The notes beneath the pieces are model-generated. The model did not search any database. It had not been told where the DNA came from and saw only the letters and a program-made list of their open reading frames with translations. A program made the translations under genes and the position numbers. DNA of 51,594 bases from an uncultured Prevotella sp. GTDB lineage: Bacteria > Spirochaetota > Spirochaetia > Treponematales > Treponemataceae. The stretch is taken from assembly GCA_963627355.1 (NCBI GenBank), contig CAVGBY010000001.1, forward strand, positions 16,469 to 68,062, in the 5' to 3' direction. Every line of letters begins with the position of its first letter. Positions within the stretch are counted from its first letter, which is position 1. Shown piece after piece: positions 29,628 through 38,200 of this stretch.

Positions 29628-30939
29628 CTGATGATAAAATTTCCTGGACTTTGCTTACAAGAACTTCCGGTTTCTGCGGTTTTACAATAAAACTTTTTGC
29701 TCCAAGCGAAAGCGCCTGAATTACAATCTCTTTTCTGATTGCCTGCGAGTAAATCACAATCGGCGGTTTGTTCGCAAGCCCCTGGAGTCTTTTCAGCGTG
29801 TCAAAACCGGAAACTCCCGGCATAAGAATATCCAGGATGATTGCCTTGTATTTCTTTTTCATCATGTTCGCAAGAAAGTCCACTCCGCTTGAAAAAAGGT
29901 CAACCTTGTAGCCTGCCTGGGTAAAACCAGCGTAGCAGAGTTTCAGTGTAATCTGGTCATCGTCAATTACCGCGATTGGCTCGTCTTTTGCATTTTGTGT
30001 TGAAGCCGCATTTGCCGCTGCGGTAGGGATTTTACTTTCTTCCGGAATTTTAGTTTCCTGTGGATTTTCGCCGACGGCTGAATCCACCGCATCGGAAGAA
30101 AAACGCATTTCAATTGACCCTTCTGAATCAGAGTCAGATATTGAAAGTATTCTGTCTGCAATTAAGTCTGAAACGCGAGAGGTGTTCGTGCTTTCAACAA
30201 AAGAATTCAGGACCTGCGAAATGTCTGTGGCAACTTCAATTCCGTCGTACTGAGGATGTCCGTCAATAAGCTGCTGTGTGAATGAGCTGAACGAAAGAAC
30301 CTTTACGTTTTTTGTGTGGACTTTCGGGGCTGAAAGGATATTGTCAAGCAAAAGCTCAAGGTTCAGTCCGTCAACAAAACTGAGCTCAAGGTTTGTCATC
30401 ATAAGAATGATTTTGGGCACTTCAATTTCGTTGTTTTTTATTATTTCTGAAAGTTTGTATTTTAAAAGGGCAAGTTTTTCCCGGTTCAGACCCTGAGCTA
30501 TTTCAATAAAAATAATGTCACCGTTTCTGTGTATGTCTAGGACGCAAGGCGTTGAGTCCATTGAAAAAGCCGTATGCAGAATTTTTCCGATTGATTCAAA
30601 GAAAACATCAAATTTTATTGGTTTGATAAAATATTTGTGGATTCCGAGTTTTGCGTAGTTTCCGATTATGCTTTTATCCATCAGCGGACCTGTCGCGATT
30701 GTCGGAATTCTGGAGGCATTCGGGTCAGCCTTTAGTTTCTGGAAAAACTCCATTATCTCGTCTGGACTGTCAAATTCGTTTATGTCGATAATGACAAGGT
30801 CAGGCAAAACCGACGTGATTTTTACAAGGGCATCGCGTTTTTCCTGCGTTATGACAACGTTGATTTTTTCCTCCAAAAGCTTGTTCTTTAAAAACTCCCG
30901 GAACATCGGAGGCGCGTCGATAATGAGTACGTTTTTCAT
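29620..30939 (-). CDS. Response regulator with two receiver domains and a central STAS-like domain
   Basis: N-term REC (VLIID...IIDINE...KP), C-term REC (VIDDD...LDILMP...KP), no DNA-binding domain; STAS call is tentative. Confidence 0.8.
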   Translation of the reverse strand: MKNVLIIDAPPMFREFLKNKLLEEKINVVITQEKRDALVKITSVLPDLVIIDINEFDSPDEIMEFFQKLKADPNASRIPTIATGPLMDKSIIGNYAKLGIHKYFIKPIKFDVFFESIGKILHTAFSMDSTPCVLDIHRNGDIIFIEIAQGLNREKLALLKYKLSEIIKNNEIEVPKIILMMTNLELSFVDGLNLELLLDNILSAPKVHTKNVKVLSFSSFTQQLIDGHPQYDGIEVATDISQVLNSFVESTNTSRVSDLIADRILSISDSDSEGSIEMRFSSDAVDSAVGENPQETKIPEESKIPTAAANAASTQNAKDEPIAVIDDDQITLKLCYAGFTQAGYKVDLFSSGVDFLANMMKKKYKAIILDILMPGVSGFDTLKRLQGLANKPPIVIYSQAIRKEIVIQALSLGAKSFIVKPQKPEVLVSKVQEILSSDV

Positions 30940-30945
30940 ACATAC

Positions 30946-30974
30946 ATTTTATATCGATTTATAGTGTAATGCAA
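30946..30974 (-). promoter_or_regulatory. Sigma70 promoter, likely leaderless transcript
   Basis: TTGCAT-17-TAAAAT-6 nt-ATG. Confidence 0.65.
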
Positions 30975-30998
30975 GTTTTAGAGATTTCAGCCGCCAGT

Positions 30999-31388
30999 TT
31001 AAGCCTTGTATTTTTCAGGAATTTTTTCAATTCCCATTTCCGCAAGTTTCTTGTAGGAGGCCGGGATTGTCCCGATTTCGGCATTTGAGAAAATTTCCAG
31101 AATCTCGTTGAATTTTCTGTACGCCTCGTTGTATTTTTTCTGCTTAAGGTAAAGATGCCCGAGCTCGTAGGATGCCTCGATATATGTCGCTGTATCCATT
31201 CCGTAGCGCTGGATTACGGCTGTGTAATAATTTTCCGCGACGGAGTATTTTGAGGCCGCAAGGGCATCCTGGCCCATCTGGATAAGCTGTGTGGAAGTCG
31301 CGTCATCCGGAATCTTTGGAACTGTATTGCAGGATGCCGCCAAAAGTGCAATGGCAAAAGCAAAAAAAAGTCTGATAGTTAATTTCAT
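30999..31388 (-). CDS. Small TPR lipoprotein (BamD/YfiO-like fold possible)
   Basis: Lipobox AASC, TPR-like YELGHLYLKQKKYNEA. Confidence 0.75.
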   Translation of the reverse strand: MKLTIRLFFAFAIALLAASCNTVPKIPDDATSTQLIQMGQDALAASKYSVAENYYTAVIQRYGMDTATYIEASYELGHLYLKQKKYNEAYRKFNEILEIFSNAEIGTIPASYKKLAEMGIEKIPEKYKA

Positions 31389-31394
31389 ACGGAT

Positions 31395-31423
31395 ATTTTA
31401 TATTTCAATCAGGAAAAAGGCAA
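31395..31423 (-). promoter_or_regulatory. Sigma70 promoter, likely leaderless transcript
   Basis: TTGCCT-17-TAAAAT-6 nt-ATG. Confidence 0.65.
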
Positions 31424-31507
31424 TATTTTTTATCTGATGAGGCGAATTCGTTCTTGTTTATAGCGGTTTTTGGCTTTATAATGTATGTCATATTTTTGGA
31501 GGATTTA

Positions 31508-32449
31508 ATGATGAAAAAGTTGTTTGCTGCGGCTGCCGCAATTTGCGCGGTTGCTGTCGGATTTTCAGGATGCGCAAAGGATAACAGGATAAAAATTGGC
31601 GTTATTCAGCTTGTTGAACATTCTGCGCTGGATGCGGACTATAAAGGTTTTGTTGACGGACTTGCGGAAGCCGGCTATGTTGACGGAGAGAATATAAAGA
31701 TTGACTACCACAATGCGCAGGGAGAGCAGGTTAACTGCGTTACAATCGCGGAAAAACTTATCAATGACCGCGACAACTTGATTTTTGCCATTGCGACTCC
31801 AGCGGCTCAGGCTGTTGCGAACCTTACAAAAGACATTCCGATTCTTATTTCTTCGGTTACAGACCCTGAGTCTGCTAAACTTGTCCAGAAAAATACGGCT
31901 CCTGGCGGAAACGTTTCAGGAACTTCTGACCTTACACCTTGCGCGGTCCAGATGGAACTTCTTAAAAGAATCGTTCCAGATGCAAAAACTGTGGGAATGC
32001 TTTATTGCTCAAGCGAGCAGAATTCTTATTTTCAGGTTGGTCTTGCAAAGGCCGCGTGTGATAAGCTTGGCTTGAAGTATATTGACGGAACTGTTTCGAA
32101 TGCGAACGAAATTCAGCAGGTTGTTACAAATCTCTGCGGAAAAGTTGATGTGATTTATGCGCCTACAGACAATATGATTGCAGCCGGAATGCCTTTGGTT
32201 TCTAAGGTTGCGAATGAAAATAAGATTCCTGTAATCTGCGGTGAGGAAGGAATGGTGAATGCCGGCGGTCTTGCGACTTACGGAATCAACTACTATGAGC
32301 TTGGAAAACTGACTGCGAAGATGGCAGTGGAAATCCTCCGTGACGGAAAAAATCCTGCGGAAATGCCGATTGAATATCTTCAGAACTTTGACCTTAAAGT
32401 AAACGAGGAAACAGAGAAGGTTCTTGGAATTACAGTTCCTAGAGACTAA
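31508..32449 (+). CDS. ABC transporter substrate-binding lipoprotein (aromatic amino acid, TrpX-like family)
   Basis: Lipobox FSGC, QLVEHSALD, NAQGE, IATPAAQ, SVTDP, SGTSD, PTDN. Confidence 0.88.
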   Translation: MMKKLFAAAAAICAVAVGFSGCAKDNRIKIGVIQLVEHSALDADYKGFVDGLAEAGYVDGENIKIDYHNAQGEQVNCVTIAEKLINDRDNLIFAIATPAAQAVANLTKDIPILISSVTDPESAKLVQKNTAPGGNVSGTSDLTPCAVQMELLKRIVPDAKTVGMLYCSSEQNSYFQVGLAKAACDKLGLKYIDGTVSNANEIQQVVTNLCGKVDVIYAPTDNMIAAGMPLVSKVANENKIPVICGEEGMVNAGGLATYGINYYELGKLTAKMAVEILRDGKNPAEMPIEYLQNFDLKVNEETEKVLGITVPRD

Positions 32450-32473
32450 TATTCAATCTTATTTTTGGAGCGC

Positions 32474-33442
32474 ATGATGGCCGTTTTATTTGCGATGGAA
32501 GGTGCTGTTGCCCAGGGAATTCTTTGGGGACTTATGACACTTGGAGTTTATCTTACTTTTAGAATTTTGAACGTGGCTGATATGACCGTTGATGGAAGTT
32601 TCGCTGCTGGCGGAGCTGTTACAGCTATTCTTATTGTAAAAGGAATGAATCCTGTTTTTACTCTGCTGTTTGTTTTTATAGTAGGAATGTTGTGCGGTCT
32701 TGCAACCGGTTTTATGAATACTAAACTTAAGATAAATATTCTGCTTGCAAGTATTTTGACCCAGATTGCGCTTTATTCTATTAATATCCGCATTATGGGA
32801 AAAGCCAATACTCCTCTTCTGGGAAATTCAACAATGATGAGTATGTTAAAGGATTTTTCCGGCGGATGTCTTACAACAACTTCTGTTTCGCTGATAATAG
32901 GTGTTGTTGTTGTAGGAATTATTATTGCCCTTATGTACTGGTTTTTTGGCACAGAGATTGGAAGCGCCATCCGTGCGACAGGAAGCAACGAGCATATGGT
33001 TCGCGCGATGGGCGTGAATACAGACAATGCTAAGATGCTTGGTCTTATGATTTCCAACGGAATGGTTGCGATGAGCGGCGCGCTTGTTGCACAGAGCCAA
33101 GGTTATGCCGATGTCGGAATGGGAACCGGAACGATTGTAATCGGGCTTGCGAGCATCATTATAGGTGAAGTTATTTTTGGCGCAAGGTTCGGTTTTTGGT
33201 GGACGCTTTTGAGCGCGGTTTTTGGTTCGATTATCTACAGAATTGTAATTGCGGTGGTTCTTCAGATTGGTTTAAAGTCAACGGACTTGAAGCTTTTGAC
33301 CGCCCTTATAGTTGCGGTGGCGTTAAGTGTTCCTGTTGTAAAAGCAAAAATTGACCGAAGACGCCGCAGTTTGCCTGGAATGAATTTAAATGAAGAGGAA
33401 AATACCCGTCATGTTCAAGTAAAAAAACATGATGATAAATAA
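32474..33442 (+). CDS. ABC transporter permease
   Basis: FRILNVADMTVDGSF, LYSINIRIMG, AIRATG, MGTGTIVIGLASIIIGE. Confidence 0.9.
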   Translation: MMAVLFAMEGAVAQGILWGLMTLGVYLTFRILNVADMTVDGSFAAGGAVTAILIVKGMNPVFTLLFVFIVGMLCGLATGFMNTKLKINILLASILTQIALYSINIRIMGKANTPLLGNSTMMSMLKDFSGGCLTTTSVSLIIGVVVVGIIIALMYWFFGTEIGSAIRATGSNEHMVRAMGVNTDNAKMLGLMISNGMVAMSGALVAQSQGYADVGMGTGTIVIGLASIIIGEVIFGARFGFWWTLLSAVFGSIIYRIVIAVVLQIGLKSTDLKLLTALIVAVALSVPVVKAKIDRRRRSLPGMNLNEEENTRHVQVKKHDDK

Positions 33443-33454
33443 TAGAGGTCTGCA

Positions 33455-34240
33455 ATGCTTAAACTTTTTAATATAACAAAGACTTTTAATCCTGGAACAA
33501 TAACAGAAAAAAAAGCAATCCGCGGTGTGGACCTTGAAATTGATGATGGAGATTTTATTACTGTAATCGGTGGTAACGGTGCCGGAAAGTCAACTTTGCT
33601 GAATATTATTGCCGGCGTTCATTACACTGATACTGGCTCGATTGTTTTGGATGGCGTTGATCTGACCGGCCGCCCGGAATATGAGCGCGCGAAATATCTT
33701 GGACGCGTTTTTCAGGACCCGATGATGGGAACAGCCGCAAATATGTCTATAGAAGAAAATCTTGCGATGGCGATGCGGCGCGGAAAACGGCGCGGATTGA
33801 GCTGGTATGTGCAGCCTGCAGAAAAAAAAGTCTACAGGGAAAAACTTGCGCTTTTGGATTTGGGGCTTGAAAACCGTATGAACGCAAAGGTCGGGCTTCT
33901 TTCCGGCGGACAGCGGCAGGCTTTGACTCTTTTGATGTCAACGTTGCAGAAACCGAAACTTTTGCTTTTGGATGAGCATACAGCGGCGCTTGACCCAAAG
34001 ACCGAAAAAAAAGTTCTTGAGCTTACAGAAGAATTTATTACCCGCGATAATCTTACGGCTTTTATGGTAACGCACAATATGAAGGATGCGATCCGTTACG
34101 GAAACCGGCTTATTATGATGATGGACGGAAAAGTTGTCTACGATGTGAAGGGCGAGGAAAAGAAGAATCTTACTGTAGAGGATTTGCTCCAGAAATTCAG
34201 TGTGAACGGTGAAGTGAACGACAAGATGGTCTTGGGCTGA
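33455..34240 (+). CDS. ABC transporter ATP-binding protein
   Basis: GGNGAGKST, LSGGQRQ, LLLLDEHTAALDP, VTH. Confidence 0.95.
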   Translation: MLKLFNITKTFNPGTITEKKAIRGVDLEIDDGDFITVIGGNGAGKSTLLNIIAGVHYTDTGSIVLDGVDLTGRPEYERAKYLGRVFQDPMMGTAANMSIEENLAMAMRRGKRRGLSWYVQPAEKKVYREKLALLDLGLENRMNAKVGLLSGGQRQALTLLMSTLQKPKLLLLDEHTAALDPKTEKKVLELTEEFITRDNLTAFMVTHNMKDAIRYGNRLIMMMDGKVVYDVKGEEKKNLTVEDLLQKFSVNGEVNDKMVLG

Positions 34241-34243
34241 TTT

Positions 34244-34726
34244 ATGAACAAATCGATGCAGAATACAACTCTGATTTACATTGAAAAAGATTTAAAATAT
34301 CTGATGCTGCACCGCACAAAAAAGCAGAATGACTACAACCACGACAAATGGATTGGAATCGGCGGAAAATTTGAGGAAACTGAAAGCCCCGAGGAATGTG
34401 TTGCTCGTGAGGTAAAAGAAGAGACCGGACTTACGCTGAATTCTTTTGAATACCGTGGAATAGTTACTTTTGTAAGCGACGAAAATTTTACAGAATATAT
34501 GCACATTTTCTGGTCGGACGATTTTTCCGGGGAACTGGCGGAATGTGACGAGGGCGAGCTTGAGTGGGTTGAAAAATCCAGGATGAACGACTTGCCCCAC
34601 TGGAAAGGCGATGAGATTTTTCTGGATCTGCTGGAGATGCGCGTTCCGTTTTTTTCACTGAAACTTGTGTACAAAAAAGGAATTCTTTTAAGCGCGGCAT
34701 TGAACGGCAAAAAGCTTGAGATTTAG
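34244..34726 (+). CDS. NUDIX hydrolase (8-oxo-dGTP diphosphatase, MutT/MutX-like)
   Basis: Nudix box GGKFEETESPEECVAREVKEETGL; ECDEGELEW. Confidence 0.9.
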   Translation: MNKSMQNTTLIYIEKDLKYLMLHRTKKQNDYNHDKWIGIGGKFEETESPEECVAREVKEETGLTLNSFEYRGIVTFVSDENFTEYMHIFWSDDFSGELAECDEGELEWVEKSRMNDLPHWKGDEIFLDLLEMRVPFFSLKLVYKKGILLSAALNGKKLEI

Positions 34727-34769
34727 TTTTTTGCCGAACCAAATGATAAATTTGTGATCTGAAAATTAA

Positions 34770-34798
34770 TTGTGTAAAGAGTTCAAAGTTGATAAAAT
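34770..34798 (+). promoter_or_regulatory. Extended -10 sigma70 promoter of gpmI
   Basis: TTGTGT-17-TAAAAT with TGn before the -10. Confidence 0.55.
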
Positions 34799-34819
34799 TA
34801 CAATGAAAAAAATGCGTTA

Positions 34820-34957
34820 GGGTATGGAGCCACGCCGCAGGCGGCCACCGCAACGGGTTTGCAAGGCAAACTTAGTGAGGAGGCTGAGCGTAGCGGAATG
34901 GCGGAACACCCGACCCGAGCGGGCGGAATGTAATGACGCTGGCGAGGGAAACGCCCG
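34820..34957. repeat. GC-rich multi-hairpin element in the predicted gpmI 5' UTR
   Basis: CGCC-GCA-GGCG, CCG-CAA-CGG, GTTTGC-AAG-GCAAAC, GC-GTA-GC; ends GAAACGCCCG like the 41.7 kb and polA elements. Confidence 0.6.
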
Positions 34958-34978
34958 TATAAACTTAAGGAGTTTTAA

Positions 34979-36640
34979 ATGGCAGATACAATGCATGCTT
35001 TGCAGAAAAATCCTAATTGGAAAGGTCGTCGTGGTCCTGTTGTTCTGGTTATTATGGATGGCGTTGGATACGGAAAATATGTTGAGGGCGACGCGGTAAA
35101 GGCTTCTAAGATGAAGTATTTGGACTGGTTTACGGCTAATTGTCCGCACACAAAACTTAAGGCTCATGGAACTGCGGTTGGACTTCCGAGCGATGATGAT
35201 ATGGGAAACAGCGAGGTTGGCCACAATGCGATTGGTTGTGGCCGTGTTTTTGCGCAGGGAGCAAAGCTTGTAGGCGAATCTATAAAGTCGGGGCTGATGT
35301 ATCAGGGTGAAACCTGGAAAAAACTGATTGCCAATGTAAAGGGAAAGAATTCTACGCTTCATTTTATAGGGCTTGTTTCTAACGGAAATGTTCATGGTCA
35401 TATTGACCATCTTAAGGCGATGGTTGAAGAGGCGAATAAGGAAGGAATTAAAAAAATCCGCGTTCATGCGCTGCTTGACGGCCGTGATGTTGACCCTACT
35501 TCTGCGTTGACTTTTGTTACTCCGCTGGAGGAATTTCTTGCGTCGTTCAAGGATGCTGATTACAGAATCGCTTCCGGCGGCGGACGTATGTTTATTACAA
35601 TGGACCGCTACAATGCTGACTGGCCGATGGTTCAGCGCGGATGGTATGCGCACGTTTTGGGCGAGGGCCGGCAGTTTGAGTCTGCTACAAAGGCAATTGA
35701 AACTTACCGTGAGGAGCAGGCTGGTCTTTTGGATCAGGATATGCACGAGTTTGTAATTGCGGAAAACGGTAAGCCTGTTGGAACTATTGAGGACGGTGAT
35801 TCTGTTATTCTGTACAACTTCCGCGGTGACCGTGCCCTTGAGATTACCAATGCTTTTGAGGCTGGAAGCGAATTTAGCCATTTTGACAGAAAGCGTGTTC
35901 CGGCCTGCGAATATGCCGGTATGATGGAATACGACGGTGATGCGCACATTCCGCACCAGTATCTTGTGAATCCGCCGAGCATTGACCGCACTATGGGTGA
36001 ATATCTTACAAAATCCGGCGTTCATCTTATGGCGATTTCTGAAACCCAGAAATATGGTCATGTGACTTACTTCTTTAATGGAAACCGTCAGGGAAAATTT
36101 GATGAAAAACTTGAAGACTATGTTGAAATTCCTTCTGATGTTGTTCCTTTTGAGCAGCGTCCGTGGATGAAGTGCGCGGAAATTACTGATAAGGTTATTG
36201 AGGCGATAAAATCTGGAAAATATGACCACATCCGACTTAATTATCCTAACGGCGATATGGTTGGACATACTGGCGTATTCAATGCGGTTGTATGCTCAAT
36301 GGAAGGAATGGATTTGCAGCTTGGTCGTCTTAAGGCGGCGATTGATGAGGCTGGTGGAATTTTGTGTCTTACAGCTGACCACGGAAACAGCGATGATATG
36401 TACGAGCACGCAAAGGACGGGTCTGTAAAGATGGACAAGAACGGCGAGCCAAAAGCAAAGACTTCTCATTCTTTGAATCCTGTTCCGGGAATTATCTACG
36501 ACCCTGAATATAAAGGTGAATACGATAATACAAAACTGAACGATGGTCTTGGAATTTCTAGCTGGCCTGCAACTTTGATGAATCTTATGGGATTTGTTCC
36601 GCCGGCAGATTACGACAAGTCGCTTATTAACTTAAAGTAG
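34979..36640 (+). CDS. gpmI: 2,3-bisphosphoglycerate-independent phosphoglycerate mutase
   Basis: IMDGVG, MGNSEVGH, DGRD, MDRY, NFRGDR, ETQKYGHVT, NGDMVGHTG, TADHGN. Confidence 0.97.
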   Translation: MADTMHALQKNPNWKGRRGPVVLVIMDGVGYGKYVEGDAVKASKMKYLDWFTANCPHTKLKAHGTAVGLPSDDDMGNSEVGHNAIGCGRVFAQGAKLVGESIKSGLMYQGETWKKLIANVKGKNSTLHFIGLVSNGNVHGHIDHLKAMVEEANKEGIKKIRVHALLDGRDVDPTSALTFVTPLEEFLASFKDADYRIASGGGRMFITMDRYNADWPMVQRGWYAHVLGEGRQFESATKAIETYREEQAGLLDQDMHEFVIAENGKPVGTIEDGDSVILYNFRGDRALEITNAFEAGSEFSHFDRKRVPACEYAGMMEYDGDAHIPHQYLVNPPSIDRTMGEYLTKSGVHLMAISETQKYGHVTYFFNGNRQGKFDEKLEDYVEIPSDVVPFEQRPWMKCAEITDKVIEAIKSGKYDHIRLNYPNGDMVGHTGVFNAVVCSMEGMDLQLGRLKAAIDEAGGILCLTADHGNSDDMYEHAKDGSVKMDKNGEPKAKTSHSLNPVPGIIYDPEYKGEYDNTKLNDGLGISSWPATLMNLMGFVPPADYDKSLINLK

Positions 36641-36664
36641 TTTTGCACGAAGTTTAGGCTAAAT

Positions 36665-36702
36665 AAAAAAACTCCCGCGGTTTTTGTTGCGGGAGTTTTT
36701 TT
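36665..36702. terminator. Bidirectional intrinsic terminator
   Basis: A7-CTCCCGC-loop-GCGGGAG-T-run between convergent genes. Confidence 0.9.
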
Positions 36703-37767
36703 TTAGAAAACCGGGTAACATTCAAATCCGGCGTTTTTTAGGTGGATTCCCATTGTGCCTTCGGCGTTTTCGTCCACAACTACAATAAAATATGTTGTTC
36801 CGCTGCTTTTTGTTTCCGACTGGATATATGAATTAAAGCCTTTTGAATTTACTTTTTCAGAGAAATTCTCTGCGTTCGCCTTGTCGCGGAAAAGTCCTAG
36901 CTGCTGATGTTTTGCTTTTGTTTCGGTTGCGGTTTTTTGTGCGGTGGATTTTTTTTCAGCAGGGGAGGCTGCGTTTTCCTGCGTGGCCGAAGTTTTTTCT
37001 GCTGCTGTTGATTTTTGTTCTGCTGATTTTGGCTCTGCGGTTGCCGGTTTTTCTGATGAAATCCGTGGCGTTGCGGCGGTTTTTCGTGGAAGAAAATACC
37101 AGAATGGGGCCGGGTAAATCTGAATTTTTCCGTTCACGATTCCTGTTTCCATTGAGTCCGGAAATTCTTTGTTCAATGAATCTGCGTAGGAATTTTCCGC
37201 GGTTATGTACCACAAGGTAAGAAGAACTGATGGTTTTACAGATTTCATTGATTCAAGTTTTGCGTAAGTTTTTAGCATTTGGCAAGGTTCGTTCAGGTCT
37301 GAGTCTGTCTGGGCCTTGCACAAAATTGCCCACTGCTCGTAAAGTTTTATTGTCGCCTGAATTTCTGCGCTTTTTGAATTCCGTACCGCGGAGTTAAGGT
37401 AATTTTCTGCGGTTTCCCAGTTTCCGCCGCTTAAGGCGCATCGGATTGCGTCAAGAACAAGCCGTTCGCTGGATTTTTTAGGCATTCCTTCTGCGTTGCC
37501 GGCTGCGATTCCCGCGGCTTTTGCAAAAGATTTCTGCGCCGCGTCATAATCTGCCGTGGATTCCTGAAGCGAGCCTAAGAATGAATAGGCGGCGCGTTTT
37601 TCTGCTGGAACTGTGATTTTTTCTGCTTCGGCGGCGGCATATTGAACCGCTTCCTGCGGTGAATCTTTTTTAATAGCATTGTCTGCCATTTTTTTTGCGG
37701 TGAGCTCCTGGGAAAATGCGGCTGCGCAAAATGCAAGGACTGTCAGCTTTAGTAAAACTTTTTTCAT
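36703..37767 (-). CDS. Exported TPR-like protein with C-terminal SPOR domain
   Basis: Signal peptide, helical repeats, A/E/K/T linker, QQLGLFRDKANA...YFIVVV SPOR. Confidence 0.8.
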   Translation of the reverse strand: MKKVLLKLTVLAFCAAAFSQELTAKKMADNAIKKDSPQEAVQYAAAEAEKITVPAEKRAAYSFLGSLQESTADYDAAQKSFAKAAGIAAGNAEGMPKKSSERLVLDAIRCALSGGNWETAENYLNSAVRNSKSAEIQATIKLYEQWAILCKAQTDSDLNEPCQMLKTYAKLESMKSVKPSVLLTLWYITAENSYADSLNKEFPDSMETGIVNGKIQIYPAPFWYFLPRKTAATPRISSEKPATAEPKSAEQKSTAAEKTSATQENAASPAEKKSTAQKTATETKAKHQQLGLFRDKANAENFSEKVNSKGFNSYIQSETKSSGTTYFIVVVDENAEGTMGIHLKNAGFECYPVF

Positions 37768-38117
37768 CAGTTGTTTCCCGCGGTTTCTGTGGAATTTTCT
37801 GTTTTTGCTTCAGATTCCTGTACGTTTTTTAGTTCTTCTGTTTTTTCCACAGCAAGATTTTTTCTGTCATTTTTCTCATCAGTTTTTTTTTCTTCTTGTT
37901 CTTTTATCTTTTTAGCTTTTTTTTTCCTGTGGATAAGAGCAAACGGCAAGGCGCAGAGCATTCCTACCGCGAATGAAACTAAAATTGTAAAAAAAACAGG
38001 AATATTCTTAAAGGTGTAGAATACAAGGCTTACATCGCACTTGTTGTCAAGGTTGAATCCTGCAAAGAATGCAATAAAAACAATTCCTATAATGATTGAA
38101 ATCAAGTTTGCTACCAT
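37767..38117 (-). CDS. LapA/DUF1049-like small membrane protein
   Basis: TM-FAGFN-short loop-P-TM followed by a charged tail. Confidence 0.7.
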   Translation of the reverse strand: MVANLISIIIGIVFIAFFAGFNLDNKCDVSLVFYTFKNIPVFFTILVSFAVGMLCALPFALIHRKKKAKKIKEQEEKKTDEKNDRKNLAVEKTEELKNVQESEAKTENSTETAGNN

Positions 38118-38150
38118 ATTTTCTCCATTGCCCCATTAAACGTATGCGTC

Positions 38151-38193
38151 GCAACCTTTCGGTTGCTTACGAGTTTACATTCGTAAACTCGCC
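38151..38193. repeat. Twin-hairpin element in the miaB-lapA intercistronic region
   Basis: GCAACC-TTTC-GGTTGC and CGAGTTTAC-ATTC-GTAAACTCG perfect stems. Confidence 0.55.
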
Positions 38194-38200
38194 TAAATAT

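Noticed and set aside
34817..36268. 483-aa antisense ORF opposite gpmI
   Set aside because: Shadow of a strongly codon-biased gene; no recognisable motifs
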